This document shows positions 40,921 through 50,280 of a DNA stretch of 64,000 bases, one piece after another. This DNA comes from a virus, in the IMG/VR virus record IMGVR_UViG_3300045988_117477, positions 33,725 through 97,724 of that record, one strand, 5' to 3'. The notes under the pieces are model-generated. The model made no database searches and was not told where the DNA came from. It worked only from the letters and a program-made list of their open reading frames with translations. Positions within the stretch are counted from its first letter, which is position 1; each line of letters starts with the position of its first letter. Made by a program: the position numbers and the translations under genes.

Positions 40921-41407
40921 TCTTCTTCTCGCCTAATTTTTCAGCTCCCTTCTGAAGATCGTATTTAAACACTTCAATGATTTTCGTTTCCACAATAGAC
41001 TCGCAATTCCAGTCTCCTAACGTACCCTGCATACCTTTAGTCAACACAGCCTCAGCGTCTTTCGGATTGCCGGCCTGGATATACATATAGCATGGAGTTT
41101 TCTTTTCTTTACCTTTCTTTTCATCCAGTGTAATGTAATTCACCTTACACTTATACCAGTACTCAGCTTCTCCGTTGAAAAAGATTTCCGACACTTTAAT
41201 AGGATTAATTTTTACAACCTCGAAAGAATTGTACAAATCCTTAAAGATCTCCAACGATCTTGATTCTGCCTCTGTGTAAGACAAGGCATCTACCAAATAC
41301 TTTTCAGTTACTTTCTTTTTTTTGCCGTTCTCGATATTATCAATCTCGGCTTTTACTGTGATTTCAAACCAACGATTCATGTCTATATTTTTATTCAAAT
41401 TAATCAA
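40910..41407 (-). CDS. Hypothetical protein.
   Basis: 165 aa ORF. Confidence 0.35.
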   Translation of the reverse strand: MINLNKNIDMNRWFEITVKAEIDNIENGKKKKVTEKYLVDALSYTEAESRSLEIFKDLYNSFEVVKINPIKVSEIFFNGEAEYWYKCKVNYITLDEKKGKEKKTPCYMYIQAGNPKDAEAVLTKGMQGTLGDWNCESIVETKIIEVFKYDLQKGAEKLGEKKSEE

Positions 41408-42630
41408 TCCATTTCCTTTTGTACCATAAAGCGTTTACACCTTGATAATTTCAATTTCTTGTATGTAATATCTCTTTGGTTTTTACCATCAATATCTCGA
41501 ATATTAAAACTACCGGTTTTACGCCTTGCAAATATAAAGTAATAACTGTTTTCAAACATAACCCTATCAAACAATCGGAAACCAAAAACTTCAAAAGGAG
41601 ATTGATTTGGTCTTTTTATCCCTCCTTTTGGAATCTTTTGTTTATGGATCTGACGATTATGTCTTCTTACTAATCTTACTTTATAATAATAACCTAACCT
41701 TATAGCATCAAAGTTTTTAGAAATAACAAAAGCATCTGAAACATGAGATTTTTCAATACCATGTTTAATCCTATTGTATTTTGTAACATAACCGAAAGTC
41801 ATAGAAATGTTGTCGTATTTAGATTTTAGTTCTTCATACAATCTCCATTTCATTATTCCCATTACGGCTGCGTCGCGAAGCGACGATCCCCGTTTGATCT
41901 TTAAATCTATATTACCTTTATGGTATTCTTTATGACAAGTTTCACATAAGGTAATAAGATTAGATGGGGAATCTCCACCTGTCTTTCGTGATTCAATATG
42001 ATGAACATTCAATACTGGGTCTTTTGACTTTCCCTTACAATGCTGGCATTTATGTCCATCTCTTGCTAAAACATATTCCCTAACGTTCCAAAATCCAAGT
42101 TGATCACCCTCCTGATATTCTTTACCTGATATATTAGGATTGTTAATCTTTTGAGTATCAAATTGAGCTACTTCGATAACAATACGAGATATTGGTAATA
42201 TAGAACATACATTGTCAATAACACGAATATGGGCGTCTACTTTGTATTTCACCGAAGGTGCTACCCATCCCGGACGCTTACTTTTTATTCTATTATCAAA
42301 ACGAGGTTTTCTATATCTCAATCTATTTCGTCTTGATCTTCGTAGCTCCCTTCTGGTAGACAAAAGATCTACAATATCATTTCTAAGGATTACTTCACTA
42401 CTGTAAAGTTCTTTGCTTTTCGTTGTAGCCGATAAACCAACATGTTTAGTACCAGCATCAACGCCTAACACAATTTCTTGTTTGTAATCAGATGTTACGT
42501 ACATTAATTTGATGGTAAACGGACATAGGTTTACAACGACTGCTTTGTTTGATTTGAGCAGTCTCCTAACCTTTCCATGTCTTGTTGTTGGCATCATAGG
42601 TTTACCATTTATGTCTTGTACGTACACCAT
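41404..42630 (-). CDS. iscB: IscB, an OMEGA-family RNA-guided nuclease (PLMP, split RuvC, bridge helix, HNH).
   Basis: PLMP-like KPMMPTTRHGKVRRLL. RuvC-I GVDAGTKHVGLS. Arg-rich bridge RRELRRSRRNRLRYRKPR. RuvC-II IVIEVAQFD. HNH CQHCKG...NVHHIESRKTGGDSPSNLITLCETCH. RuvC-III KSHVSDAFVI. Confidence 0.85.
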   Translation of the reverse strand: MVYVQDINGKPMMPTTRHGKVRRLLKSNKAVVVNLCPFTIKLMYVTSDYKQEIVLGVDAGTKHVGLSATTKSKELYSSEVILRNDIVDLLSTRRELRRSRRNRLRYRKPRFDNRIKSKRPGWVAPSVKYKVDAHIRVIDNVCSILPISRIVIEVAQFDTQKINNPNISGKEYQEGDQLGFWNVREYVLARDGHKCQHCKGKSKDPVLNVHHIESRKTGGDSPSNLITLCETCHKEYHKGNIDLKIKRGSSLRDAAVMGIMKWRLYEELKSKYDNISMTFGYVTKYNRIKHGIEKSHVSDAFVISKNFDAIRLGYYYKVRLVRRHNRQIHKQKIPKGGIKRPNQSPFEVFGFRLFDRVMFENSYYFIFARRKTGSFNIRDIDGKNQRDITYKKLKLSRCKRFMVQKEMD

Positions 42631-43090
42631 ATCTACAAACGTTTTTAATGTTTATTCAACATAAGTCAGAGTAAAAACTCTGTTAGTACCCATCGCCAAT
42701 GTTATTTAAGGTTTTTTTGTAAGCAACACTATAGCTCGAATACAACCATTGTTTAATCACTTACCTTAGAGCTACAGACTTGGGTAAACATCCGTAGGTA
42801 ACTATATATTCTCAAATAACGTAGTGTTTATTTCAACACTTAGGCTAATAATCGGAATAGCTTTTGGCTATTATACATAATACGATACAAATTGTTTATG
42901 ATTTGTATGAGTTATGTATTATTCTCGATTATTTACTATCGTGGCCACGAAATACTTACACCCCTCTAAGTGCGTCAGGGCTTCAATCATAGCTTCTTTT
43001 ATCTCTTTTTCTTCCATTCTGTTTGTTTTTTTGGACAAAGATATGTCTTTTGATAATAAAAAAGATTCAAAATGATTTAATTTAGCTTAA
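42631..43090 (-). ncRNA. Candidate IscB omega-RNA (guide plus scaffold) in the 460-bp non-coding region directly upstream of iscB.
   Basis: Largest ORF-free interval in the - block. IscB omega-RNAs are encoded immediately 5' of iscB on the same strand. Structure not verified. Confidence 0.35.
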
Positions 43091-43534
43091 TTACTGCTCT
43101 TTTGATTCGTCCGGTATAGGCATGTCAAACTTTTTTCTGATAAACGACTCTGTTTCTTCATTGAATGGATAGGCTTCCTTAATAAAATTCATAGCTACCT
43201 CCATATCACCGTCTGCTATATCTTTATACCTTTCAAAGATACCAACCAGGTCATTGTTATATGAACGCTCTTGTTTTATGTTGTACACGTATTTCAACAC
43301 CCTGTCTTTAATTTCATTGGCTTTTTTCACGGTGTCATTGAAGGTATTTATACTTGTCAATTCAGGGTTTTTATTTTTCTCATCTATCTTATCAAACTCT
43401 TCCTTGCTATATCCTGTTTCTCCTTTAACAGCCGGGCAAACACCCTCCTTCATGATCCAAAACTGTTCATACGATCCTGCCAGATATCTCGATTCTGTTT
43501 TAAATGCATTATACTTGACAAGCAAATTAGCCAC
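43091..43534 (-). CDS. Hypothetical protein between the iscB and tnpB loci. Not a TnpA.
   Basis: 147 aa ORF with no HUH / catalytic Tyr motif. Confidence 0.35.
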   Translation of the reverse strand: MANLLVKYNAFKTESRYLAGSYEQFWIMKEGVCPAVKGETGYSKEEFDKIDEKNKNPELTSINTFNDTVKKANEIKDRVLKYVYNIKQERSYNNDLVGIFERYKDIADGDMEVAMNFIKEAYPFNEETESFIRKKFDMPIPDESKEQ

Positions 43535-43600
43535 CTCAGTTGCACCTCCTATGGTTCTAAAACCGATGCCGATATCTTTTAACTTGACACACTCCCATCG

Positions 43601-44776
43601 CTAAAGCAAATGGGATTCTTGGATACAAACGCAAGAAACCCCGATATTGCTATCGCTGGAATTACTCTTGCTCTCCAATTCGGAAATGCCCTTCCGAAGT
43701 ATATTACGGGCTGCAAGAACATCACGGTCGTTTACCGCTCCGCACGACGGGCATACCCACGTGCGGTCGCGTAACGACAGTCCTTTATTAATGCAGCCAC
43801 ATTCGCAAGTTTTGGAAGAAGGATACCATTTGTCAATCTTGTGTACTATCACTCCATACTTTGAAGCAACATACGTAAGTTTGTCAATAAAAGAAGAGTG
43901 ACTGAGATCGGAAACCTTCTTTCCCCACAAACGTTTCATTCCTTCAATGTTTAGATCTTCAATAAAAATATAATCATATTGTTTGCATAACTGGTGTGCT
44001 AATCCCCATTGAAAATCCGATCGAAGATCGTTTATTTTACGATACGTTTGTTGGAGTTCAAACAGTCTCCTTCTTCTATTGTTGGATCCTTTCTTTGCAT
44101 TAGAAAGCCGTTTGTTTAATTTTCTAATCTTGTTTTGATATTGTTTGAAGAATAGTGGAGAATCGATTTTGCTACCATCGCTTTTAGTTAGATAAGTTTT
44201 CAGGCCAAAATCCAACCCTATAGATGCACCATCATGTGTCTTTCTATAAGAGTTTATAAGATTATGATCTGTAATAATTATCAGGCTATATCGATAGCAT
44301 GTTTCTCTAACTATTCTAATTTGTTTAACATTACCTTCGTAGACTCTACTGTATGAAAATCTAAATCGTTTCTTCCCTTTGTTAATTGTTAAACAATTAC
44401 CATTCAGGGTAAACCCACCTTGTTTGAATACAAAAGAATTGAATTTTTCCGGTGATTTAAACTTAGGAGGTCGTTTAGCCAATTTCTTAAAGAAACGATT
44501 ATAAGATTCATCAAGACGTTCAAGTATTTCTTGCACTGTTTGGGAATGAAGAAGATTTCTTTTTATCCTTTTTGCAAAATGCTTTTTCATTTTACTAACT
44601 GAGATATATTTTCCAAACAGTTTGTAGTATCTACGTTGTAGAGCTAAAGCATGATTCCATACAAAACAACATTCTCGAAGCATTTTGTCGAGATACTTCG
44701 TTTTCTTGGAATGATAGATGTTGTATTTGTATGAAATCATTTTTTTTATCTGTAATTTTGATTCAAAATTAATCAA
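43601..44776 (-). CDS. tnpB: TnpB-like RNA-guided endonuclease (IS200/IS605 OrfB family).
   Basis: RuvC-I IGLDFGLKTY. RuvC-II FIEDLNIEGMKR. Zn finger CECGC...CPSCG. RuvC-III NDRDVLAARNI. Confidence 0.8.
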   Translation of the reverse strand: MINFESKLQIKKMISYKYNIYHSKKTKYLDKMLRECCFVWNHALALQRRYYKLFGKYISVSKMKKHFAKRIKRNLLHSQTVQEILERLDESYNRFFKKLAKRPPKFKSPEKFNSFVFKQGGFTLNGNCLTINKGKKRFRFSYSRVYEGNVKQIRIVRETCYRYSLIIITDHNLINSYRKTHDGASIGLDFGLKTYLTKSDGSKIDSPLFFKQYQNKIRKLNKRLSNAKKGSNNRRRRLFELQQTYRKINDLRSDFQWGLAHQLCKQYDYIFIEDLNIEGMKRLWGKKVSDLSHSSFIDKLTYVASKYGVIVHKIDKWYPSSKTCECGCINKGLSLRDRTWVCPSCGAVNDRDVLAARNILRKGISELESKSNSSDSNIGVSCVCIQESHLL

Positions 44777-44816
44777 ACCAATTCATCCACCTTCTAAAGT
44801 ATGGTGGTTTTGTTGG

Positions 44817-45002
44817 TTAAATAATCATAAATACCGGAACTCCAGTTCTTGGATACACGACTTCTTTTTTGTTCTTTATATTCCAGTTTTTAGCTTCAAT
44901 TGGAATACCTTTATTAGCAAGCTCTTTGTCTATATACAGACTTATGTCTTCGTCTGTCAATGCCACAATCTCATCTCTGCTTAAATCAAAAACTGTTTTC
45001 AT
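44817..45002 (-). CDS. Hypothetical small protein.
   Basis: 61 aa ORF. Confidence 0.3.
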   Translation of the reverse strand: MKTVFDLSRDEIVALTDEDISLYIDKELANKGIPIEAKNWNIKNKKEVVYPRTGVPVFMII

Positions 45003-45202
45003 TTTTCTTTATTTATTAAATTAAACAACTTACTTCTTTGTTCAGGCTCCGTATATTCTACCCATATATCGGCCGCCACATTTCTAAGAAATTCCATAAA
45101 GTCTTGATGATCCCTGTATTCAGCAGAATCAACTTTTCTCACAAAACTTAGAATTTCCTTTAACATCTTATTGTTTTCTTCAAGAAGTTCTCTGTCGGTC
45201 AT
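44999..45202 (-). CDS. Hypothetical small protein.
   Basis: 67 aa ORF. Confidence 0.3.
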   Translation of the reverse strand: MTDRELLEENNKMLKEILSFVRKVDSAEYRDHQDFMEFLRNVAADIWVEYTEPEQRSKLFNLINKEK

Positions 45203-45221
45203 AACCTTTCATATTTTCTTC

Positions 45222-45665
45222 TTAACTCATTTTTACCCATTTGGCATTATCAGGTATTAAATCCTTAAATTCTTCTGGGATTTTCCCTTGATGCCACCAA
45301 TCATTGGAAATGATTTTTCTCCCATCATTTGAAATAGCCTCCATCATTCTTCCTCCCATACCCATGAATCTTCGTGTTTTGTTGTTTGTATTGGGAACAA
45401 ACGGATTAGCTATCCATGATTCTCCATCTATAATCAACCAATTGGGATTATTCTTATTCTCTTCATATAGTCTGATCCAAAACGCACAAGAATAGCAAAC
45501 TCCATCTCGTTCCATAATAGACCGTATAGGACATTTACAAAAATGTTCTGGATTCATGCTATGTATATTATTTTGCCCCGACCCATCTTCGCAGCCGCAT
45601 TTGGGACATATTTTCTTCTTTTCGCTTTCCATATTGCTTATGCTGTTTTTAAGGTAATAGATCAT
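45222..45665 (-). CDS. Zinc-ribbon protein, paralog of 22759..23247.
   Basis: CPKCG, IRSIMERDGVCYSCAFW, IDGESWI, GGRMM, FKDLIPDNAKW shared with the 22759 ORF. Confidence 0.5.
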   Translation of the reverse strand: MIYYLKNSISNMESEKKKICPKCGCEDGSGQNNIHSMNPEHFCKCPIRSIMERDGVCYSCAFWIRLYEENKNNPNWLIIDGESWIANPFVPNTNNKTRRFMGMGGRMMEAISNDGRKIISNDWWHQGKIPEEFKDLIPDNAKWVKMS

Positions 45666-45915
45666 CTAAATAAGCCCATGATTCCATTTCATCTAATCTG
45701 TATAAAATACATCCTGGACGGCTGGATATAAAAGTTTTGTTCTCTTCCAATATACCCATAATTGGACTCTTTGATCCTATTGTTGATTTCTTGGGGAGAA
45801 ACACAATAAAACGGTGGCAATCTGGAATTACTGTTATAGAATGCCACACGCTGTTAATGCGCCACTCTGCACCAGCTTTAAAAAGAGGAATAGCATATTC
45901 TTGTTCCATGTCTAT

Positions 45916-46371
45916 TTAGTTTTGAATTAATGTGAAAAGAGCAATTATAGCCGCAACTGATATAATAGATAAAATAACGTTTGCCAATGCATGCTTTAAG
46001 AGGCGCCTTTCGAGATTTGCGATATGCTTTCTTAGTCCTTCGCAATGTTTTTTTGTAGATTTGGATTCTTTGAGTTCTTTGTTGTATTTTACCATATTTT
46101 TGTCGCACCATTTCATTATATCAGCACTTGCTTTGTTAAGCATATCTCTGATTTTTTCATCATCATAGAATGGTATTTCAACATCAACACAAGTATTTGG
46201 CCTGTATAATAATCCGTATGTATCAAAGCACACTTTCAATGTGACAACTTCAGGCTTAGCCATTTCTTCGGCTTGTTTCTTTATCTGCTCATCTGTTGCT
46301 TCGGCTTTAGCTTTAAGCTCATTGTAGTCTTCTATATTCAGCAAAGCCATGTTTTCAAATTCTGTATTCAT
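45916..46371 (-). CDS. Hypothetical protein with a C-terminal transmembrane helix.
   Basis: Ends ALANVILSIISVAAIIALFTLIQN. Confidence 0.35.
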   Translation of the reverse strand: MNTEFENMALLNIEDYNELKAKAEATDEQIKKQAEEMAKPEVVTLKVCFDTYGLLYRPNTCVDVEIPFYDDEKIRDMLNKASADIMKWCDKNMVKYNKELKESKSTKKHCEGLRKHIANLERRLLKHALANVILSIISVAAIIALFTLIQN

Positions 46372-46557
46372 ATCTACTATTTCTTATTTAGAGTGAATGT
46401 TTGCCAAATGCTTTATCCCAACGCCTGCTTGCTATCTGTACACATACTACCAACGCATCACGATATTTACGGGATTAGATGGTTCTTATGTGGCGGATGT
46501 TGATAATCCTAACAACGCATTCGTACTGATTTTTGCAAACTGTTCACTCAATTATTT

Positions 46558-46809
46558 TTAATTTTTAATTAATTCAACTCCTATAATATCTTCGTAATCA
46601 ATATAGTGCATCATTGAAACACCGTTGTCATCATTAGCCATTATTTCAACACAAGCAGAACATCTATTGAATGCACCTTCGATTGTTATACCTGTTAATT
46701 GCCTAAAGAATCCTAAAAATTTCTTTGGCCTGATAATCCTAATACGGACAAGATCATTCCAAGTTATTCCTTTATATTCACAAATAGATTTAAACTTCTC
46801 GGCTGTCAT
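46558..46809 (-). CDS. Hypothetical protein.
   Basis: 83 aa ORF. Confidence 0.3.
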   Translation of the reverse strand: MTAEKFKSICEYKGITWNDLVRIRIIRPKKFLGFFRQLTGITIEGAFNRCSACVEIMANDDNGVSMMHYIDYEDIIGVELIKN

Positions 46810-46828
46810 AATTCGATTATTTTAGCTG

Positions 46829-47113
46829 TTAGTCATTTTTTGGAATCCAGTTATCCGTATCACAGTGAAAGCAATATCCGGTTTTAGGATGCTCCGCACC
46901 GTCTTTAGCTCCGCAGGTTCCGCAATAATATTCCTTATCATATTCTGGGGAAAGACCTTTATTTCGTTCTTTGATAACAGCTTTTCTTTCTTCGAGCATC
47001 ATCATTTTATCAGGATTACGACTCAAATAAAACTTTCTGACTTTATGTATTTGCTTATCAAACAGATCATCGGACTCGGCAATTTGTTTTGCTGTATATT
47101 TACTCATGCTCAA
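46829..47113 (-). CDS. Small zinc-ribbon protein.
   Basis: CGTCG...CFHCD. Confidence 0.3.
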   Translation of the reverse strand: MSMSKYTAKQIAESDDLFDKQIHKVRKFYLSRNPDKMMMLEERKAVIKERNKGLSPEYDKEYYCGTCGAKDGAEHPKTGYCFHCDTDNWIPKND

Positions 47114-47266
47114 TTATTTTTAAAGTTTATCTATTATTTTATCACCCATTTCCTGCCATTCATCACTCACGCTTATAACCAATCCTATGACAGTGAATGA
47201 TAATAGCAACGTAAAAATAAGCCATAACAGAAAGCAGATAAAAACACATACATACCTCATGATTTT

Positions 47267-48013
47267 TTAGTTGTTAGATAAAAGCAAAATCGGTTCATTT
47301 GACTCCGCAATTGCTTTTATTTGTTCTGGATTGACAAAACTCTTAACTTGTTCGCTTATATTACAAATGGACTTGATCATATCAACGAATAATTTCGAGG
47401 TACATTCGTTACACTCCACTTCCATTACCTGTTTATGTCTATTGTATGATATGCTCGTTACACAATTCAGCCAGTGCGCATAGGTTCCTTTTTCTGTATT
47501 TAACCTGCTGTATTCTACTTTTGTCTCTCCATTTCCATATTCAATTACTCTTTTTAGAAATGGTTTTGCATAAACACTAAAACCGAAAGGTTGGGTGTTT
47601 AAGGCATCTAAACGGAAAGTTCCATCTCTCCATTTTCCATTTTCATCGCCTCCTGTCCATTCCTTAGAGGGGTTAGGGACAATATTTCCGTTTTTGTCAT
47701 AGGAAAACACGCAATTCGTTTCCAGTTGATACTTAATAACAGGCACTTCTTCTACTATTTTATAACTCAAACATCTCTTCAGAACTTCCCTGATTTGACT
47801 TTCCAAATCAGAAAGTGCTATACTATTGAAATATCCTTCGTTGCCTAATCTGTTTGTAGGTAATTTGATCCCATAAGAATGAATCTTATCCACATCTTCT
47901 TTTGACAAGGTAGTGGTAAACACTCCTTCTTTGGTGACATTCACTTTAACAGTTACAGACAAACTGTTATTAGCGTTCTTTTCCGTTATATTTAGTGTTG
48001 TTAATGCTGCCAT
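47267..48013 (-). CDS. Hypothetical protein.
   Basis: 248 aa ORF. Confidence 0.4.
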   Translation of the reverse strand: MAALTTLNITEKNANNSLSVTVKVNVTKEGVFTTTLSKEDVDKIHSYGIKLPTNRLGNEGYFNSIALSDLESQIREVLKRCLSYKIVEEVPVIKYQLETNCVFSYDKNGNIVPNPSKEWTGGDENGKWRDGTFRLDALNTQPFGFSVYAKPFLKRVIEYGNGETKVEYSRLNTEKGTYAHWLNCVTSISYNRHKQVMEVECNECTSKLFVDMIKSICNISEQVKSFVNPEQIKAIAESNEPILLLSNN

Positions 48014-48031
48014 AATCAGATCTTTTTTAAA

Positions 48032-48283
48032 TCAATTTGAATAAATATAATGCATTCCTGCTTCATATACCTTATGTACATCAGGGTCATTCTTGTCTTC
48101 CGGTTCCAATTCACTCTCTTCACAAGTATAATCCCATTCAGTATTATAGTACAAATCCTCGTCTGTTTTCTCCAAGGAACAATCTTTCATTAGATTCATA
48201 TTTTCTCCCCAGACTACAACTTCTTTCTGTTGCTCTTCTTCTGTCATAAGAGATATTTTGTCTTTCAATTCTTTCCAGGTCAT
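48032..48283 (-). CDS. Hypothetical acidic small protein.
   Basis: 83 aa ORF. Confidence 0.3.
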   Translation of the reverse strand: MTWKELKDKISLMTEEEQQKEVVVWGENMNLMKDCSLEKTDEDLYYNTEWDYTCEESELEPEDKNDPDVHKVYEAGMHYIYSN

Positions 48284-48307
48284 GATTTTTAAAAGATGAT
48301 TAATAAT

Positions 48308-48691
48308 TCATTCTACATCAAAAAGTTGATCTAACACCAATAATTCGGCATCCATATCTTCATCTTTCGGGAAACGAACTTTTATATTTCCAAACTTAGA
48401 TGTCTTAAACAAGATGTAGGGGTTCATATCTTCGGCAGTCACCGGCTTATATTCCTTAACTTCCGACATCTTGAGATACCAGTCACCTATTTTTACAAAC
48501 CCAGAAAAGATAGAACACAGATGCGCTTTTACAGACTGTATCTCCTTTTTATCTTTGAAAGGTATAATTTCGTCCTTTCCCCTTATCCTGATTGACAAGA
48601 AAGGACGAATGTTATCTGTTTCATTTTGAAATTTGAAGCCTGTTATGGCTTGCTTGGGGATTCTTCTTCCCATTAATATAAAATAGCTCAT
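48308..48691 (-). CDS. Hypothetical protein.
   Basis: 127 aa ORF. Confidence 0.35.
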   Translation of the reverse strand: MSYFILMGRRIPKQAITGFKFQNETDNIRPFLSIRIRGKDEIIPFKDKKEIQSVKAHLCSIFSGFVKIGDWYLKMSEVKEYKPVTAEDMNPYILFKTSKFGNIKVRFPKDEDMDAELLVLDQLFDVE

Positions 48692-49002
48692 TGTGATAAG
48701 TGATTTTGTTTTATATCAGGTAAGTAATTTGTAATAACATCAAGTGATATCCATAACTCTGGCTCTATGCTATTTTTTATTCTATCACTGAAAAGAGAAT
48801 TATCATCACAATCACAATGAGAGATTGTGATATAACAATCTTGATAATCCCACCAATGAGCCGATTTAAAATCGTCTCCTCCATTCCAAAACCCTATTCT
48901 TATACCTCTTGGGTTGAAATCTTCATCTATCCAACTTGGGTGATAAGCCAACACTTCTTCTCCCTCTGAAGGTTTTTCCTCTTTGAATTTCTTCCAGTTC
49001 AT
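48688..49002 (-). CDS. DUF551-like phage protein.
   Basis: MNWKKFKEEKPSEGEEVLAY resembles the DUF551 N-terminal pattern. Confidence 0.3.
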   Translation of the reverse strand: MNWKKFKEEKPSEGEEVLAYHPSWIDEDFNPRGIRIGFWNGGDDFKSAHWWDYQDCYITISHCDCDDNSLFSDRIKNSIEPELWISLDVITNYLPDIKQNHLSQ

Positions 49003-49102
49003 CTCACCTTTAATTAATTAGACACAAATATACAAGTTTTACTAAGATGCCCTTCTGTCATCTCTTTGACATACTCCCACACCTAAAGTTCGCGGTAGTA
49101 TG

Positions 49103-49456
49103 TCAATCTATTGATTTCTTCCCAATCTTTTTAATCTTTGTTGGTCTTAACAATCGATAATCCTTTTCTATCGGCCTATCGAATACGTCATTCCTATATC
49201 CTTTATATCCTTTCTCGTAAATACTAACCCTTGCACAAAACTCAACCACGTCGCCTGGTAATAAATCGGCGCTTTCGAATCCTTTTGTCAAATCAAACCA
49301 CAAATGATCTGTTACTATTTTATCATCGAGTAACACGTCTTGTAAAAGTATTGTCTTTACAGGTCCTTTATACCCATCCCTGAATCCAAAACGAATGAAT
49401 GTCGCTGTAAATACGTGCCGTTCTCTTGATCCTATTATTTTCAGTTCTTTTCTCAT
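49103..49456 (-). CDS. Hypothetical protein immediately downstream of the ABC ATPase.
   Basis: 117 aa ORF separated from the ATPase stop by 6 nt. Confidence 0.35.
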   Translation of the reverse strand: MRKELKIIGSRERHVFTATFIRFGFRDGYKGPVKTILLQDVLLDDKIVTDHLWFDLTKGFESADLLPGDVVEFCARVSIYEKGYKGYRNDVFDRPIEKDYRLLRPTKIKKIGKKSID

Positions 49457-49462
49457 CCTCTT

Positions 49463-50269
49463 TCATTTATTTGTTTCACTTATGAAATTGACAACATCCT
49501 TTAGATATCCTTCTGTCATCTCTATGAAATTAACACAATCTAATTTGCTTAACTTGTAAATCAATGCCGGATTGTGTATTATGGCTATAATTTGTGTTTG
49601 TGGTTTATGGAATGACAATACATTATAAATTTGCATTATGTTATCAATATCAAGATTCCTGTCTGGCTCATCCATGAGAACCGTGTATTCAAAACTGCTT
49701 TTTGTTAATGCTATGCGGTTTCTTTTATAATACTTCAACAGGTTATCAATTCTTTTAATCCAAAACGCATTTGATTTTTTCTTGTATTCTACAAGATCTT
49801 GTATTGGAAATGTATAATCCTTTTGACCGAACATTAAATTGAAAAGTGATTCCAATGATAACACCACTTTCTCTCCATAAGATCTTCGAATATTATTCAC
49901 ATACAAATCTAAGTTGCTGATGTTTTTCAATACGCTATCTCGATTCATCTCCGCCGATGGCAATAAACGGAATACTTTCCCTGCATAATCGGATGATATG
50001 TCAATCCCATCAAAAACCTTATCATCGTCATCAAATATAGGTGGAAAATCCAGTGCCTCGGTCGGCATTTCAGAGCACATGGATTTCTCGCATAACGCAT
50101 ACATTGATATGATGTTAAGCAAGGTTGATTTTCCGCTACCGTTTTTACCTATAATTACATTCACTCCTGGCTTGAAAATAAATTCTCTGCCATTTTCAAA
50201 TGCTTCTATATCCGAAACATATTCAAATGGAGTTTTTGTATTGTCTTTTATTTTTACTGATGTTATCAT
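49463..50269 (-). CDS. Minimal ABC-type (AAA_21-like) ATPase.
   Basis: Walker A GKNGSGKSTLLNII. Signature-like SYGEKVVLSL. Walker B / D-loop VLMDEPDRNLD. H-loop IIAIIHNP. Confidence 0.65.
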   Translation of the reverse strand: MITSVKIKDNTKTPFEYVSDIEAFENGREFIFKPGVNVIIGKNGSGKSTLLNIISMYALCEKSMCSEMPTEALDFPPIFDDDDKVFDGIDISSDYAGKVFRLLPSAEMNRDSVLKNISNLDLYVNNIRRSYGEKVVLSLESLFNLMFGQKDYTFPIQDLVEYKKKSNAFWIKRIDNLLKYYKRNRIALTKSSFEYTVLMDEPDRNLDIDNIMQIYNVLSFHKPQTQIIAIIHNPALIYKLSKLDCVNFIEMTEGYLKDVVNFISETNK

Positions 50270-50280
50270 TGTAATCCTTT

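Noticed and set aside
43091-43534. A 147-aa ORF between iscB and tnpB as a possible IS200-type Y1 transposase (TnpA).
   Set aside because: It has no HUH (H-hydrophobic-H) motif or C-terminal catalytic Tyr context. Its composition is unlike TnpA.
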